Source: Picochlorum sp. SENEW3 (taxonomy: Eukaryota). From it: DNA of 64,000 nt. Below, one piece after another: positions 45,653-56,903 of the stretch; positions within the stretch are counted from its first letter, which is position 1, and the number at the start of each line of letters is the position of its first letter. The stretch covers positions 186,001 through 250,000 of the forward strand of contig CP120456.1 of assembly GCA_034226945.1 (NCBI GenBank), in the 5' to 3' direction. The position numbers and the translations under genes are program-made. Below the pieces are notes generated by a model. It had not been told where the DNA came from. It worked only from the letters and a program-made list of their open reading frames with translations, and ran no database searches.

Positions 45653-47299
45653 TTAAGCATGTATTTTCTTCTTCCTACGAATTCTTCCTGGAGCTACAGG
45701 CCGAGGTCCGGCTCCGCCCATGAGAGATGACATCATTTCTTCATCATCCATTCCAGGCATACCCATAAGTCCAGATGTACCGCCACTGATGGCCATCATA
45801 CGGGACATTGTTTGCATTTGTGCTCTCATGCCAGTGAACACGCCAACTAATTCCGCGACATCTGACTCTTCTTTGCCAGACCCTCTTGCTACTCGCCGTC
45901 TTCTGGATGGGCTTTTTGCCAAGAGTTCTGGCTGGGCCCGTTCCTGTTTCGTCATGGAGTTGATCATTGCTTCGTACACTTTGTATTGCTGCTCTACTCG
46001 AGCAAGCTGTTTATCTGTGATTGATCCCATACCTGGAATCATTTTGACAATTTGAGACATGGATCCCATCCCCGTGACCATTTTGTATTGTTTCAAAAAG
46101 TCATTGAAATCAAACTTGGCAGACATGATTTTCTTCGTCATTTCGGCAGCTTCCTCCTCCTTGATCGCAGCTTCCGCTTTTTCTACAAGAGATACTACAT
46201 CACCCATTCCTAGAATTCGTGATGCCATTCTATCCGGGTAAAATGGTTCCATGGCATCCATTTTCTCTCCAGTGCCAACAAATTTGATTGGCCTTCCAGA
46301 CACTTCTTTCACACTCAATGCCGCCCCTCCTCTTGTATCACCATCCGTCTTTGTCAAGATAGCTCCTGTAATACTGACAGCCTCATCGAATGATTTAACA
46401 AGGGTGGCAGCCTCCTGCCCAGTCATGGCATCCACAACCAGCAACACATCAGTAGGATTCACTACCTGCTTCAAATCCTTGAGCTCTTGCATCATATTCT
46501 CATCAATTTGAAGTCTTCCAGCTGTATCAATAATCACCGCATCATATCCTTCCGCCTTGGCTTTTGCCAGCCCCTGAGCAGCAATATCTGTTGGCTTGAC
46601 ATCCGTTCCCAACTCAAACACTGGAACATCCACACTTGCACCAACAGTCACCAATTGATCCACCGCTGCAGGTCTATATACATCTGTTGCTACTAGTAAA
46701 ACCTTTTGGTTGTTTTTGGTCTTCAGAAAATTGGCTAATTTTCCAGTCGCTGTTGTCTTCCCTGTCCCTTGCAATCCTGCCATCAGGATCACCTGAGGAT
46801 CCCCGCCTGCAGGACTATTCAGCAATGCCTGCTCCCCTCCCATCAAATCTTTCAACTGGTCATACACAGCTTTGATGAGTTGCTGTTCTGGAGACACGCC
46901 CTCTGTCACCTCCATCCCCAGTACTTCCTCCTCAACTCGCTTGACAAAACGACGCACGACAGGGAGAGACACATCAGCCTCAAGCAACGCTCGTCTAACC
47001 TCCTTCAAAGGCTCCTTCATGTTCTCCTTGGTCAAACGACCATCTTTCTGAACCATTTTCCATGCCGTACCGAGTCTCTTTGTCAAGCCTTCTAGTGCCG
47101 CACGTGTCGTCACGAGTCTCCTCGTTCGATCACGCGTATGACCCATTAAAGAACTTTTATGGGAAATATGACGGACACAGTGGGATGCACTGCCTCGGAA
47201 GAAGGCCGAGGACGTGGAACTCTGGGATTGAGCATTGAGCCTGATGGCCCCTCCTGCTCGGGAGGCGTTCCATCCATGATATCGCATGACTGGAATCAT
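45653..47299 (-). CDS. cpSRP54: Chloroplast signal recognition particle 54 kDa subunit
   Basis: ALLEADV, GLQGTGKTT, DTAGR, TKTDGD, RILGMGD, M domain and transit peptide. Confidence 0.95.
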   Translation of the reverse strand: MIPVMRYHGWNASRAGGAIRLNAQSQSSTSSAFFRGSASHCVRHISHKSSLMGHTRDRTRRLVTTRAALEGLTKRLGTAWKMVQKDGRLTKENMKEPLKEVRRALLEADVSLPVVRRFVKRVEEEVLGMEVTEGVSPEQQLIKAVYDQLKDLMGGEQALLNSPAGGDPQVILMAGLQGTGKTTATGKLANFLKTKNNQKVLLVATDVYRPAAVDQLVTVGASVDVPVFELGTDVKPTDIAAQGLAKAKAEGYDAVIIDTAGRLQIDENMMQELKDLKQVVNPTDVLLVVDAMTGQEAATLVKSFDEAVSITGAILTKTDGDTRGGAALSVKEVSGRPIKFVGTGEKMDAMEPFYPDRMASRILGMGDVVSLVEKAEAAIKEEEAAEMTKKIMSAKFDFNDFLKQYKMVTGMGSMSQIVKMIPGMGSITDKQLARVEQQYKVYEAMINSMTKQERAQPELLAKSPSRRRRVARGSGKEESDVAELVGVFTGMRAQMQTMSRMMAISGGTSGLMGMPGMDDEEMMSSLMGGAGPRPVAPGRIRRKKKIHA

Positions 47300-47709
47300 T
47301 GCATGTATTCTAACATTACGTATACTCAATTTGAAATAGTATTTGGTCTCCATTCGCCGAGTCACATGACAAGATGTTATCTGGATAGAGTCAGTGTGTC
47401 TAGATTAAAACATTAAAAATATATGGAATCCCCACTCGACATGTCAGCATGGGAAAAAGGACTACAAGCAACAGGCTTGGTTGCAGAACCAATTAAAAAA
47501 TCGGGATATTCGGACGGTGTCTGACGTGACAGACGGCCATGGAAAGAATGGTCCAGCGACTGTTTTGTTGATCAACTGGCACGGGAATTCCCTCGAATCA
47601 GAATAGCGTCTGCATGAAAACTCGTACATTTCAGCTCATTAGCAATTTCTATTGAAACAGAGACCAGATAAAGACGAAGGAGAAGAGACAGGAGTAACAC
47701 TATCGAACC

Positions 47710-49455
47710 ATGGCTATTACCAAATATTTGGTAGGGTCCATGGTGGGGTCCTTGGTTGTCGTATGGCACGCTGTCTTGACACGGGATCAGTTTTATCCTG
47801 CGATGGAGTACCTGTCAACGTCAAAGATATCTCTTGCTGTGCTTGGAAATATGGGGTTTGCTGGGGCACTGTTGATGTATCACATGGTGACCAAGGCCTT
47901 TCTTGGAACACTGAGAGATTATGAGGTTGAGCGGGTCCATGATCGCGTTGGGCAAGCCATTATCGAAACATTACTGGCTATGACAATCTTCAGACAGAAT
48001 TTAGAATCGTTTTCATTGCTGTCGCAGTTCGTGATGTTGGCCTTTATGAAGATATTTCATTGGCTGGCCCAGGACCGGGTGGATTTCATAGAGACAGCGC
48101 CCAATGTGACTGTGCTGCAGCATCTTCGGCTGGGAAGTATGATTGTGTTTCTTATGGTTGCCGATTTGTTCATGTTACATGTGGCACTGGGAAAGACATT
48201 TACATACGGGGTGTCAGTGCATTTGTTGTTTGCATTCGAGTATTTGATGCAAACATCCATGGCCATGGCTGTGTTGGTCAAGTATGCATTTTCGCTTGTG
48301 GATCTGCAAATGCATGGTAATTGGAGGGGGAAGAGCGTGGCTGTGTTTTATGTAGAGCTGACGAGAGATTTGGTGCATTTGATAACATCTTCTGCATTTT
48401 TCTTTGTCGTGTTTTCGACGTATGGAATTCCGATTCACCTGATCAGAGATATTTATTGGACATTTAGAAACTTTCAAACGAGAGTATCTGACTTTTTACG
48501 GTATAGACAGATATCAGCGAATATGGAGAACAGATTTCCTGATGCAACGGAGGAGGATTTGGAGAGGGTGGATCACATGTGTATCGTGTGCAGGGAGGAA
48601 ATGGTGGCATCAGCAAAGCGATTACCATGCAATCATGTATTCCATTTAGAATGCTTAAAGTCGTGGTTAGAAAGGCAGCAAAATTGTCCCATCTGTCGAA
48701 CTCCAATTTCTGCCTCTGCAACAAGGCAAGAGCGAGACAGAGCTGCTGCTGGTGCTGCTGCTGCTCCTCCTCCTCCTCTTCCTGCTGCTGCTGCTGAAAA
48801 TCTAGGAGAACATCGTGACGCAGGAGAGCCGCACCTCAATAACAATGATATCAATACTGAAGAGGACAGAAGCCACCAGCAAGAAGAGGAATATGCAGAT
48901 GCACCACAACATGGTAGTAGCACCAGACCATCTTCATCAGAACAGCAACAAGAGCAAGAGGAAAACACAGATTTGCGGCATGCGCGGCAAGCATTCCTGC
49001 GGCAATTGGAACAACAACGTGGCAATACTAATGAGGAGGCACAGCCATCAACATCTCAAGAAGAAAGAACACAATGCGATAACACAGCATCCCCCCAAGA
49101 GCGCAGCAAGAGCCCCCAGAACGCCACGAGCAACGCTACGACATCACGTAGTGAAGAGCAGCAGCACCACCAGGAGCATGTGCCAATGACAGGTACCACT
49201 TCCCACCACGAAGCAGTACTTCCTACATCTCTTGTTTTTGCATACCCTGGAATCATGCCATCTCCAGTTTTTGTTCCAACTCAATCACGTGAAGAGGAAG
49301 AGCGCCTATCACAATTGGTAGCACAAGAGATTGGGGTACAGCCGACCGAAGAGCAACATGCTCGAGCTCTTGCTGTAGCCAGGGCAGCCGTGCAGGCAGC
49401 AAGTGCAGCCTACACACTGCAGCAGGCTCCTGCATCACAGCGACAGCGCAACTAA
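47710..49455 (+). CDS. HRD1: ERAD E3 ubiquitin ligase HRD1
   Basis: N-terminal multi-TM region (QFYPA..YL, KIFHWL..DR) plus RING-H2 CIVCREEM...LPCNHVFH..CL.SWLERQQNCPICR. Confidence 0.93.
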   Translation: MAITKYLVGSMVGSLVVVWHAVLTRDQFYPAMEYLSTSKISLAVLGNMGFAGALLMYHMVTKAFLGTLRDYEVERVHDRVGQAIIETLLAMTIFRQNLESFSLLSQFVMLAFMKIFHWLAQDRVDFIETAPNVTVLQHLRLGSMIVFLMVADLFMLHVALGKTFTYGVSVHLLFAFEYLMQTSMAMAVLVKYAFSLVDLQMHGNWRGKSVAVFYVELTRDLVHLITSSAFFFVVFSTYGIPIHLIRDIYWTFRNFQTRVSDFLRYRQISANMENRFPDATEEDLERVDHMCIVCREEMVASAKRLPCNHVFHLECLKSWLERQQNCPICRTPISASATRQERDRAAAGAAAAPPPPLPAAAAENLGEHRDAGEPHLNNNDINTEEDRSHQQEEEYADAPQHGSSTRPSSSEQQQEQEENTDLRHARQAFLRQLEQQRGNTNEEAQPSTSQEERTQCDNTASPQERSKSPQNATSNATTSRSEEQQHHQEHVPMTGTTSHHEAVLPTSLVFAYPGIMPSPVFVPTQSREEEERLSQLVAQEIGVQPTEEQHARALAVARAAVQAASAAYTLQQAPASQRQRN

Positions 49456-49678
49456 GGTTATAACGCGTTGTATTGCTTCTATTTATACCTTGAATTGTCC
49501 ATTTTCTATTACTACTCCCTTGAAATCAGTTGAGTACCAGTGTAAAAAGGTAAAACACATGTTTGATTCATCCATTTACAAGCCAATAATACTATGATCA
49601 CCACCAAAAACCAACATCATTCGGAGAAAACCACAACAAGAAACTACTACTACTACTATTGTACCATCTATGCACTCT

Positions 49679-49982
49679 CTAGTACGTACGCCCAGCTTGC
49701 TGCGTTGGAAGCAACCCAAACCTCTGCTTGCAGGTCACACGCTCTCTGGAAAATTTGTCATCGGGTGAAAATCGAGCAGGGTGGGCCGAGTGCGTCGGTT
49801 TCCCCTCTGGATCTGTTTTCTGCAGTATCAAAATCAAGTAAATTACCATTGAAACCATACGCTCGCCCCTCAAAAGCCAAGGCCGGCATGCAACGCTTTG
49901 GGCATGCCATATTATCCATTAAACGCACCTTCAGGGTGTAACACCGATCTCCGTCCTCATTTAAATAATACATGAGATACAT
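49679..49982 (-). CDS. NOP10: H/ACA snoRNP subunit NOP10, 2 exons
   Basis: [56 protein letters not shown]; intron 49820-49928. Confidence 0.96.
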
Positions 49983-50272
49983 GATGGGTTATTTGACACT
50001 GATACCAAGAAGCACTCCAATAATCGTCGGTTTACGAAGCAAGGACCGACTGTAGCACTTGAAAACACGTGTGGAATGGATTGATGTGTACTCTACACCT
50101 TTATTTCTTTACAATATTATATAGAACAATTTATTATTGACAGAATTCAGCGGTGCTTCTTTACAATTAATGGCTGTGGGGCATGAGAAATAAAACCAAT
50201 CCTGGAGATGCCGACACTTCCAGGTCCAGCTTGAATTCAATCACAGATTTGATTGCATGCGTGTGATTATCA

Positions 50273-51463
50273 TTATACACGTGGAAGCGTATAGTTCTTG
50301 AGTGGTACAAGAACTTCATTTCTTCTGAATGGGGGCAACGTCCCTGGATCATTATAACGTGCCAAGATGTACTTGTCTTTTTCCGGATTCAACCCATCTC
50401 TCTCCAGTATTCGTTCCAGCATGGCTGCGCGTCTTTTGCCATCCGCATCAGAGGCGATTCCCCCAAAGCGAGATACAGCAAATATCTGCTTCGGTATCGT
50501 TGCTAAAGACACAGGGGATCCATCTTCTGGTTCTGGTGCCTTTTCAATTGTATTTGGGATGTAGAATTGCATCTTTTCAGTATTACTGAACACTGGTGTT
50601 GTCATGTCCATCTTCATCGATTCCTTATTCTTCCCAAATATATACCCCGCGAGAGATCCAAACGCAGTAAATGAGCCAGTGGGAGAGGAATTGTCCGTCT
50701 CGCACACCATGATACTAGAGTACTCGCGTACTTCATAGTCCCTCCTCTTGACAAGTACCTGATAGTCTGGGGTTTCGAGTTCCCGTGGGATGCCTCGGAC
50801 ATCCATAACTTGCGATAACATATGAATAAACGCTTCTATGCTGAAATATCCTTGCTGGTCTATTGCGTCCCACGTATCAACGTGCTTGTTAAATCTTCCA
50901 GTCTGTGGGTTGATTCCCATCACACTCGTGCCTGTAAACACAAGATCTGGACTCCACAGCTTCCCAAGGGGACCTAGCAGATCAACAAAGGTTGGTTTCA
51001 TTGTCATTGTCCAACGAGTGGTGATTTCATACGGCGCACTGCGCCGTATATCACGTAGAATAAACTGAGGATTGAACACAGTTTTCAAAAACCGAATGTT
51101 GTTCACATATCCTTGGATGGAGTCATATTTGGTGATGGGATCCTCAAACATGACGGTTTCATCATATTTCGACGTATCTATTCCTTGGTCATCGAACAAA
51201 TGCGTCAAACCCTCCTTTAAAAACTCAATCATGGACTCCACAAGGGCCACGTCATCGGCAGCCGTGTTGCTGACTGGTTTTTGTGTCGCAGTCAGACGCA
51301 CCAGCCTGTGTGGATCATGCGTGCTTCCTGATATTCTTTTTTGAAGTATATGAGAATGTCTAGACGTATGTGGTTGTCCACTTGTACTACAACAACCTGT
51401 GGTTGCCCTCTGCTCGCACCTCTGAAGACCAGCAAGAGTCGATACGGTTGGCAATAGGTTCAT
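50273..51463 (-). CDS. Plastid SOUL heme-binding protein with N-terminal SnoaL/DUF2358-like domain (HBP5-like)
   Basis: HLFDDQGID...F.DPITKYD...TRWTM...HVDTWD, then ETPDY.VL...YEVR.Y, F..LAGYIFGKN, MTTPV, LARYNDP. Confidence 0.9.
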   Translation of the reverse strand: MNLLPTVSTLAGLQRCEQRATTGCCSTSGQPHTSRHSHILQKRISGSTHDPHRLVRLTATQKPVSNTAADDVALVESMIEFLKEGLTHLFDDQGIDTSKYDETVMFEDPITKYDSIQGYVNNIRFLKTVFNPQFILRDIRRSAPYEITTRWTMTMKPTFVDLLGPLGKLWSPDLVFTGTSVMGINPQTGRFNKHVDTWDAIDQQGYFSIEAFIHMLSQVMDVRGIPRELETPDYQVLVKRRDYEVREYSSIMVCETDNSSPTGSFTAFGSLAGYIFGKNKESMKMDMTTPVFSNTEKMQFYIPNTIEKAPEPEDGSPVSLATIPKQIFAVSRFGGIASDADGKRRAAMLERILERDGLNPEKDKYILARYNDPGTLPPFRRNEVLVPLKNYTLPRV

Positions 51464-51642
51464 GCCGATATATTGTATTTTTCTTGGTTTTCTTGCAGTG
51501 AGATCTTGGTGACATTTCATGGACTATTGGATTGAAGGAATTCCTAAATTCCTAAATTCGATACGAATAATAATAACAAATGCTCATTTGACAGGAGACG
51601 CAGCGAATGCCATGAGATATAGTCATTACATTGAAATATATA

Positions 51643-52257
51643 ATGATGAGTCGCGTGCGAGCATCACAGATGCCCGCATTGGTGTTGGGTACCTTGCAAA
51701 GGACCCGCACGTGTGTGCATGTGGGTGAAAAAAGAGCTCAGTTGAATGCTGCGTTCGCTGCATCACATTCTAGATCATTGGTAGTAGCAGCAGCATCGAA
51801 GGCAAAGCATATTAATGTAGATAAGAAATACCAGCCTGAATTATCCGCGTCTGAGAAGAAGGGTCTGAGAACCAAGTCTCAGCAGTTGGCCAAACAGCTT
51901 GTCACGGTGAACCTTGGTGCCAAGGGGCTGACATTGCCTTTTTACACTGGTTTGTTTGCAGCGCTGCAGTCGAACCAGCTCGTCAAGGTTCGTATGGGTT
52001 GCACAAGGGAGGAGAAGAGGCAGTTGACAGAGGAGATTTGTGACATGTTGGATTGCGCGTGTGTTCACTCAATTGGAACAACAATTGTCCTGTATCGTTC
52101 AAAGGGTTTACCCAAACCACTTAAATTGCAGAATATGGAAAGGGTGGAGTCAAATGCTCATACGGAGGAAGATGAGGAGGGCCATGCACATGGCAAGGAA
52201 GAAAGTACCCCGTCTCCAAGCCACCCTGCTCCTCCTGAATTCACTGTGCTGTCATAA
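51643..52257 (+). CDS. CRM/YhbY-domain organellar RNA-binding protein
   Basis: LS..EKK.LR...VNLG.KGL...QLVKV...HSIG.TIVLYR; transit-like N-terminus. Confidence 0.82.
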   Translation: MMSRVRASQMPALVLGTLQRTRTCVHVGEKRAQLNAAFAASHSRSLVVAAASKAKHINVDKKYQPELSASEKKGLRTKSQQLAKQLVTVNLGAKGLTLPFYTGLFAALQSNQLVKVRMGCTREEKRQLTEEICDMLDCACVHSIGTTIVLYRSKGLPKPLKLQNMERVESNAHTEEDEEGHAHGKEESTPSPSHPAPPEFTVLS

Positions 52258-52485
52258 AAAAATAGACTGTTTTACAACAAATCAACAGACGTATAATCGG
52301 TTGCATTACTACCAAGGGAAAACATGTAATGGAAGTGAAATAAAGAGATGCCTGCATCTTTAGACGGGCCAGCATCATTGGTCTTGTTTTGCACACACAC
52401 ACACAAGTATCTGCCATGCTGACCAAGTCCATACGAAGTATGCAATGTATACGATTAGTGTCATTCATAGTGAATCGATAGATCA

Positions 52486-54303
52486 TTAGTTTTCAAAATA
52501 TGGGTTTCCAAGTCCACCATATTGGTTTGGGGATGGCATACCATAGCCTGCTGAATCAGGGAATGCCCTTGGTGGCATACCATACATTTGGCTTGGATCC
52601 AATTGCATGCTTGGAGGTGCAATATTTGGAGGCCTTTGGGGCAGCGGTGGAACAGATCCAGGATTCCTGTACAAGTTCATGTTGCTCATGCCCTGAATCA
52701 AAGGATGGTCCATGTCGCCTTCCATCCCTGGGTTGCCAAACATCGTTGTTGGCTGGTTCATGGGCACTCCGATGGGTCTCTGTGGAGTAAGCATCGGTGG
52801 CATACCAAGTCCCTGTGGATTCTGAGGGGGCAAGCCTTGTCCTGATGCCACTGCTGCCATGAGGAGTTGAGCCTTTACACCAGATGGTGGCACCTTTGGA
52901 TGTCGTCCCCATGAGCACTTCAACTTTCTTCCCGAAAGAACCTGTGAATTCAATCCGACAATTGCGTCCACAGCTTCCTCATGTGTCTTGTAACGAACAA
53001 ATCCAAAATTACCCTTGCGGTGGAGTTTCATCTCCATGATTGTTCCAAACTTTCCAAAATGATTTCTCAATTCTGGCTCAGGTACATTCCCAGGAATGTT
53101 ACCAACATATACATTTGTGTTCGTCGGATCCAAATGGTCCAGAGCATTTGGGTTTGCTGGAACAGATGACTCTGTCTTGTGCTGAGCCCAACCACACCGA
53201 ATACAACGAGACCCAATCTGAGCCCCATCCATTGTTTCGATAGCGTATTTGGCTTCATCCTTTGTGGAAAATGATACAAAGCCATACCCTCGGCTCCTCC
53301 CAGTCGAATGGTCCCACATCACCCGTGCATCGCTGCACCCTGAGCAGGAAGAAAAGGATTCCATCAATACGGAATCTGTCACCTCTGGTGACAAATCGCC
53401 AACAAAAATGTGATGGTGGGATCCCAATTCTTCTTCTTTTTCTCTCTGCAGGGCCCAGTTCACCTTCATCTGCTGACCAAAAAGAGAGATGCCAACAACC
53501 TTGTTGAGAGCCTCTTCTGCATACGATCTGCTCACAAATCTTGCAAATCCATACCCAGCAGACATTCCAGTTGCTCTATCCTTGATCACTTTCAGTTCGT
53601 GAATGCCTTCCATGCCAGCAAAAACACCCTGAAGAACCATATCGTTCACAAATGGGTGCAGGTTGCCCAAATACAGCGTACTCTGATTGTGGATCTGCTG
53701 TTTCCCGCGATGCTCTTTGAACGAATTTGTCTCTTGTTCTTCATCCTTTTCCACTTGATCAGCAATGCTATTGTTCTTCTCACTCAACTGCTCCTCCTCC
53801 ACAACAAGAGCTCCCTTACTGAACTTGTTGTTCTGCAACGACTCGTCCACATCATTGTCTTGTTGGTCTGAAGTCGTGTCATCTTGTTCACTCTGGACAC
53901 CCTGCTCTTTCCAAGACTCTTTTTCAATCTTTTCGCTGTTCGAGCCTCCCGCCACGACAGCATCCTTCTCTTCTGTCCCAGTCATGTCTACCTTTGGACA
54001 CTGATAATATGTGTACTCACACAAGTATTCGTTCAACCAGCTGATTCAGTTTATATATCACTCTGAAACCCAGACCCCCTCTTCCAAGCACACCTACGTT
54101 TCTTCGAAACGACCAGTATAGGACACCAACTATGCAGCACACGTCTGCTGCACTGAAAGGAAAAAACAGGGAAAACACTCAAATGGTGGTCCGTATGAAT
54201 GTGCGTTCCTGCACAACATCATGATTCTGAATAACATTACATACATCAACAGTTGCAGAAAAGCCCCACTGCTGTATCCACCCTTGGATGCCGCCAGCAC
54301 CAT
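52486..54303 (-). CDS. TIA-1/UBP1-like triple-RRM RNA-binding protein; predicted exons 54303-54245, 54152-54098, 54000-52486
   Basis: LYLGNL, KVNWA, HIFVGDLSPEV, DARVMWDHSTGRSRGYGFVSF, VYVGNI, KCSWG. The upstream exons are inferred from canonical splice sites that preserve the frame. Confidence 0.88.
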
Positions 54304-54993
54304 GGCAAGACTCACAACTGTCCTGTTTTTGGCCCTCTCAAGAGTCACCCAGGACCACAGGAAACACCTTCATCACCACCCCTCCCCGAACCTCTTAGAA
54401 CCAACATACAATTATTTAAAAAAGTATTCGATGCACGAGGATACCCCACGATGCCACGAGACGTCCCGAGGTGTCCAACGACGATCAACTTTCGGCGTAG
54501 TAGGTTGCACCAAACCGACACTGTTCCTTTATTTTATCATCCCATCCTTGGTGGATATGACTTGAAATATCCATATGAGTAAGGACAACGCAGTAAACAC
54601 CAATAAGAAGGAGCCGTCAACCACACTCGGACATCTCGAAGCACAAGAGGAAAACGGAGAGGGTTTTCATAGTAATTGCTCAGATACGTACCATATAAAA
54701 CGTATACAGGAGAGAGAAATTCATTAAATTAATTAGATGCCCAAGGAGGAGACGCCGGCTCTTGTGCCTATCTGCACCCAATGATCGAATGGCGTAACCA
54801 TGTGGCAGTCAGATATCATCCACACATTGCCAGTGTGACACTGGCCATGGCCAGTGCCAAATGAACATGGATTTGGGATTCCGTATGTATGCAATACATG
54901 TGTCTATGTATAGAAGGTATACGTATATATATATAATAAACAGATAGATAGGTAGGTGATACTAAAGAATGGGGGTGATTGTTGCATAGAAAA

Positions 54994-56588
54994 TCATCTG
55001 GGTAACAAGTCTGGAGATTTGGCAATTGATGTCATGCTTACCTCTCCACCACCCAAGCTTCCTAGACTTGCCGATTGATCAAAACTTATATCATCATATC
55101 CTTGTCTGGAGAGAGCAATGTGGTCCATGCTTGGGGAAAGTTGCATTGATGATGATTTTGTGGGCTGCCTGGTGATGCTTGGTTGTCCTTTGGTGCCTCC
55201 TGCAGAACAATGTAACAACATAATACGCTGGGCTTGACGGCAAGTTCATCGAGAAAAAATAAACCAAAGGGTTTCTGATACGTACCGAGACTGAAGAAGA
55301 GATGCATGGAGATGAAGACGACTGAGACACCAATGACAAAGTTGAGTGTCAATGGGTGGCCAAAAAGAGCTGCGCTCATCAACCCGGTCAGGATTGTAGC
55401 AATCGTGGACGAATATTTCTTCAGAATTGTGTCTGCGAATTTGAAGAAAAAACTGGACAGAATACCCTGGAAGGCATTGTTCACGATCAGGGCAAACGTG
55501 ACTGTGGTGAATCCAGCAAACAGGCCATTGTGAATCACATCAATTCCACCAAAGAGGGACAACAGTATCACGCCAACGACATTGAAACACGCTCCATAAA
55601 AGTACAGAAAGAAATTTTGTAGCAATACGCTCGTTTCCATATTCTTTTTCAGTGCAAATTCATTGTACACAGAGGCAAGGGATGGGATTGTGATTGATCC
55701 CAATGTATACAATACTGCTGCGGGTGACATGATGTCTGCGTATTTTGAATTCTCACACGAGCTAAGTTGATTGACTGTTATACCTGCGACGAGAAGGAAG
55801 AGAGCTTCCCACTGAAATACGCTGAATTGGCGTCTCAAGACACTCCTCATCAGGAGAGCAATCACAAAAATCTGCACAATGCAATGATGCGTCAATATAT
55901 CATTATATTCATGCATGCACGTAATATCCTTGTTACGTGAAAGGCAGATTACCTTTAAATTAGAAAGCATTTTCGCTGTGGTGGGTTTGAAATAAAGCTG
56001 CATCACAAACTTGAGGTAATTGTTCACGGCATACAAGGCAGCTGGAATGGCCAGCAGGCGATTGTGATAGGCGTCTTTATAGAATGACGATATGCTTTTA
56101 TATAAAGGAGGTCCTGGTCTCCCTGATCCATACATGACAAGGGTTCCTAGAGCAAATATAGTCTTTGCTATTTCTACCAACAGGTTGACACTCACAGGGC
56201 TGAAAGAAAATGTACCATGCTCATCTTTTGCCATGTGAACAAGCACAGGAGCCAATCCTACACAAGATTCCACACAGTCAGATGTGAAAATAATACCCAA
56301 CAGGGCCATCAGTAGATGCTTCGTACCGATTAAAAAACAGTCTCCGCATACCATCCAAATCTTCCAAACGTTACTCAGTTGAGATCCCCTGACTTTTTTC
56401 GTATCATCGTACGCTGTAAATGATTTTGACTGCAAAAGAATGCAAATGACGTGATTGATCAGCGGATCAAGTCCTGGTACGCGAGATGAAGGACAATGCA
56501 AACGTCATTGACGTACACTACGATTCTTGCTGGCCGACCCAGGCGTACCATGTGCCTCATGGAATGGACTTTCTATTGATGTTTTCAT
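54994..56588 (-). CDS. Nucleotide-sugar transporter (CMP-sialic acid/SLC35A-like), multi-exon
   Basis: FSPVSVN.LVE..K, LLAIPAALYAVNNYLKF.MQLYF, KMLSNLK, QWEAL, SFFFK.ADTILKKYSST. ORF 55086..56501 reads through several short introns, and the last exon ends ...LLPR* at 54994. Confidence 0.88.
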
Positions 56589-56903
56589 CTATATGGGTGC
56601 TGCGTCGAATCTATCAAAAGAGTCAAGTCAACAATTACTTGTAACTGTCTCAGCGGCCACACGGGCGGGCGGTGGGGCCATCTTTTGACGGTGTTTTATA
56701 AAATAATGATATAATTGTATCTGCGGGGGGATTTGGCAGTCCAAGCAAGCTATCAATACGAATGCATGCTCATGTGGCGCCGTTGGGAGCAAGCATGCTG
56801 CCATGACAATGGTTCTCCCATTGCTCACCAATATTATTGGTAATCTGGCATCCCTCGTCATGAAAAAGAGGTATTTCATGCACAATGTGAGTCATCACGT
56901 GCG

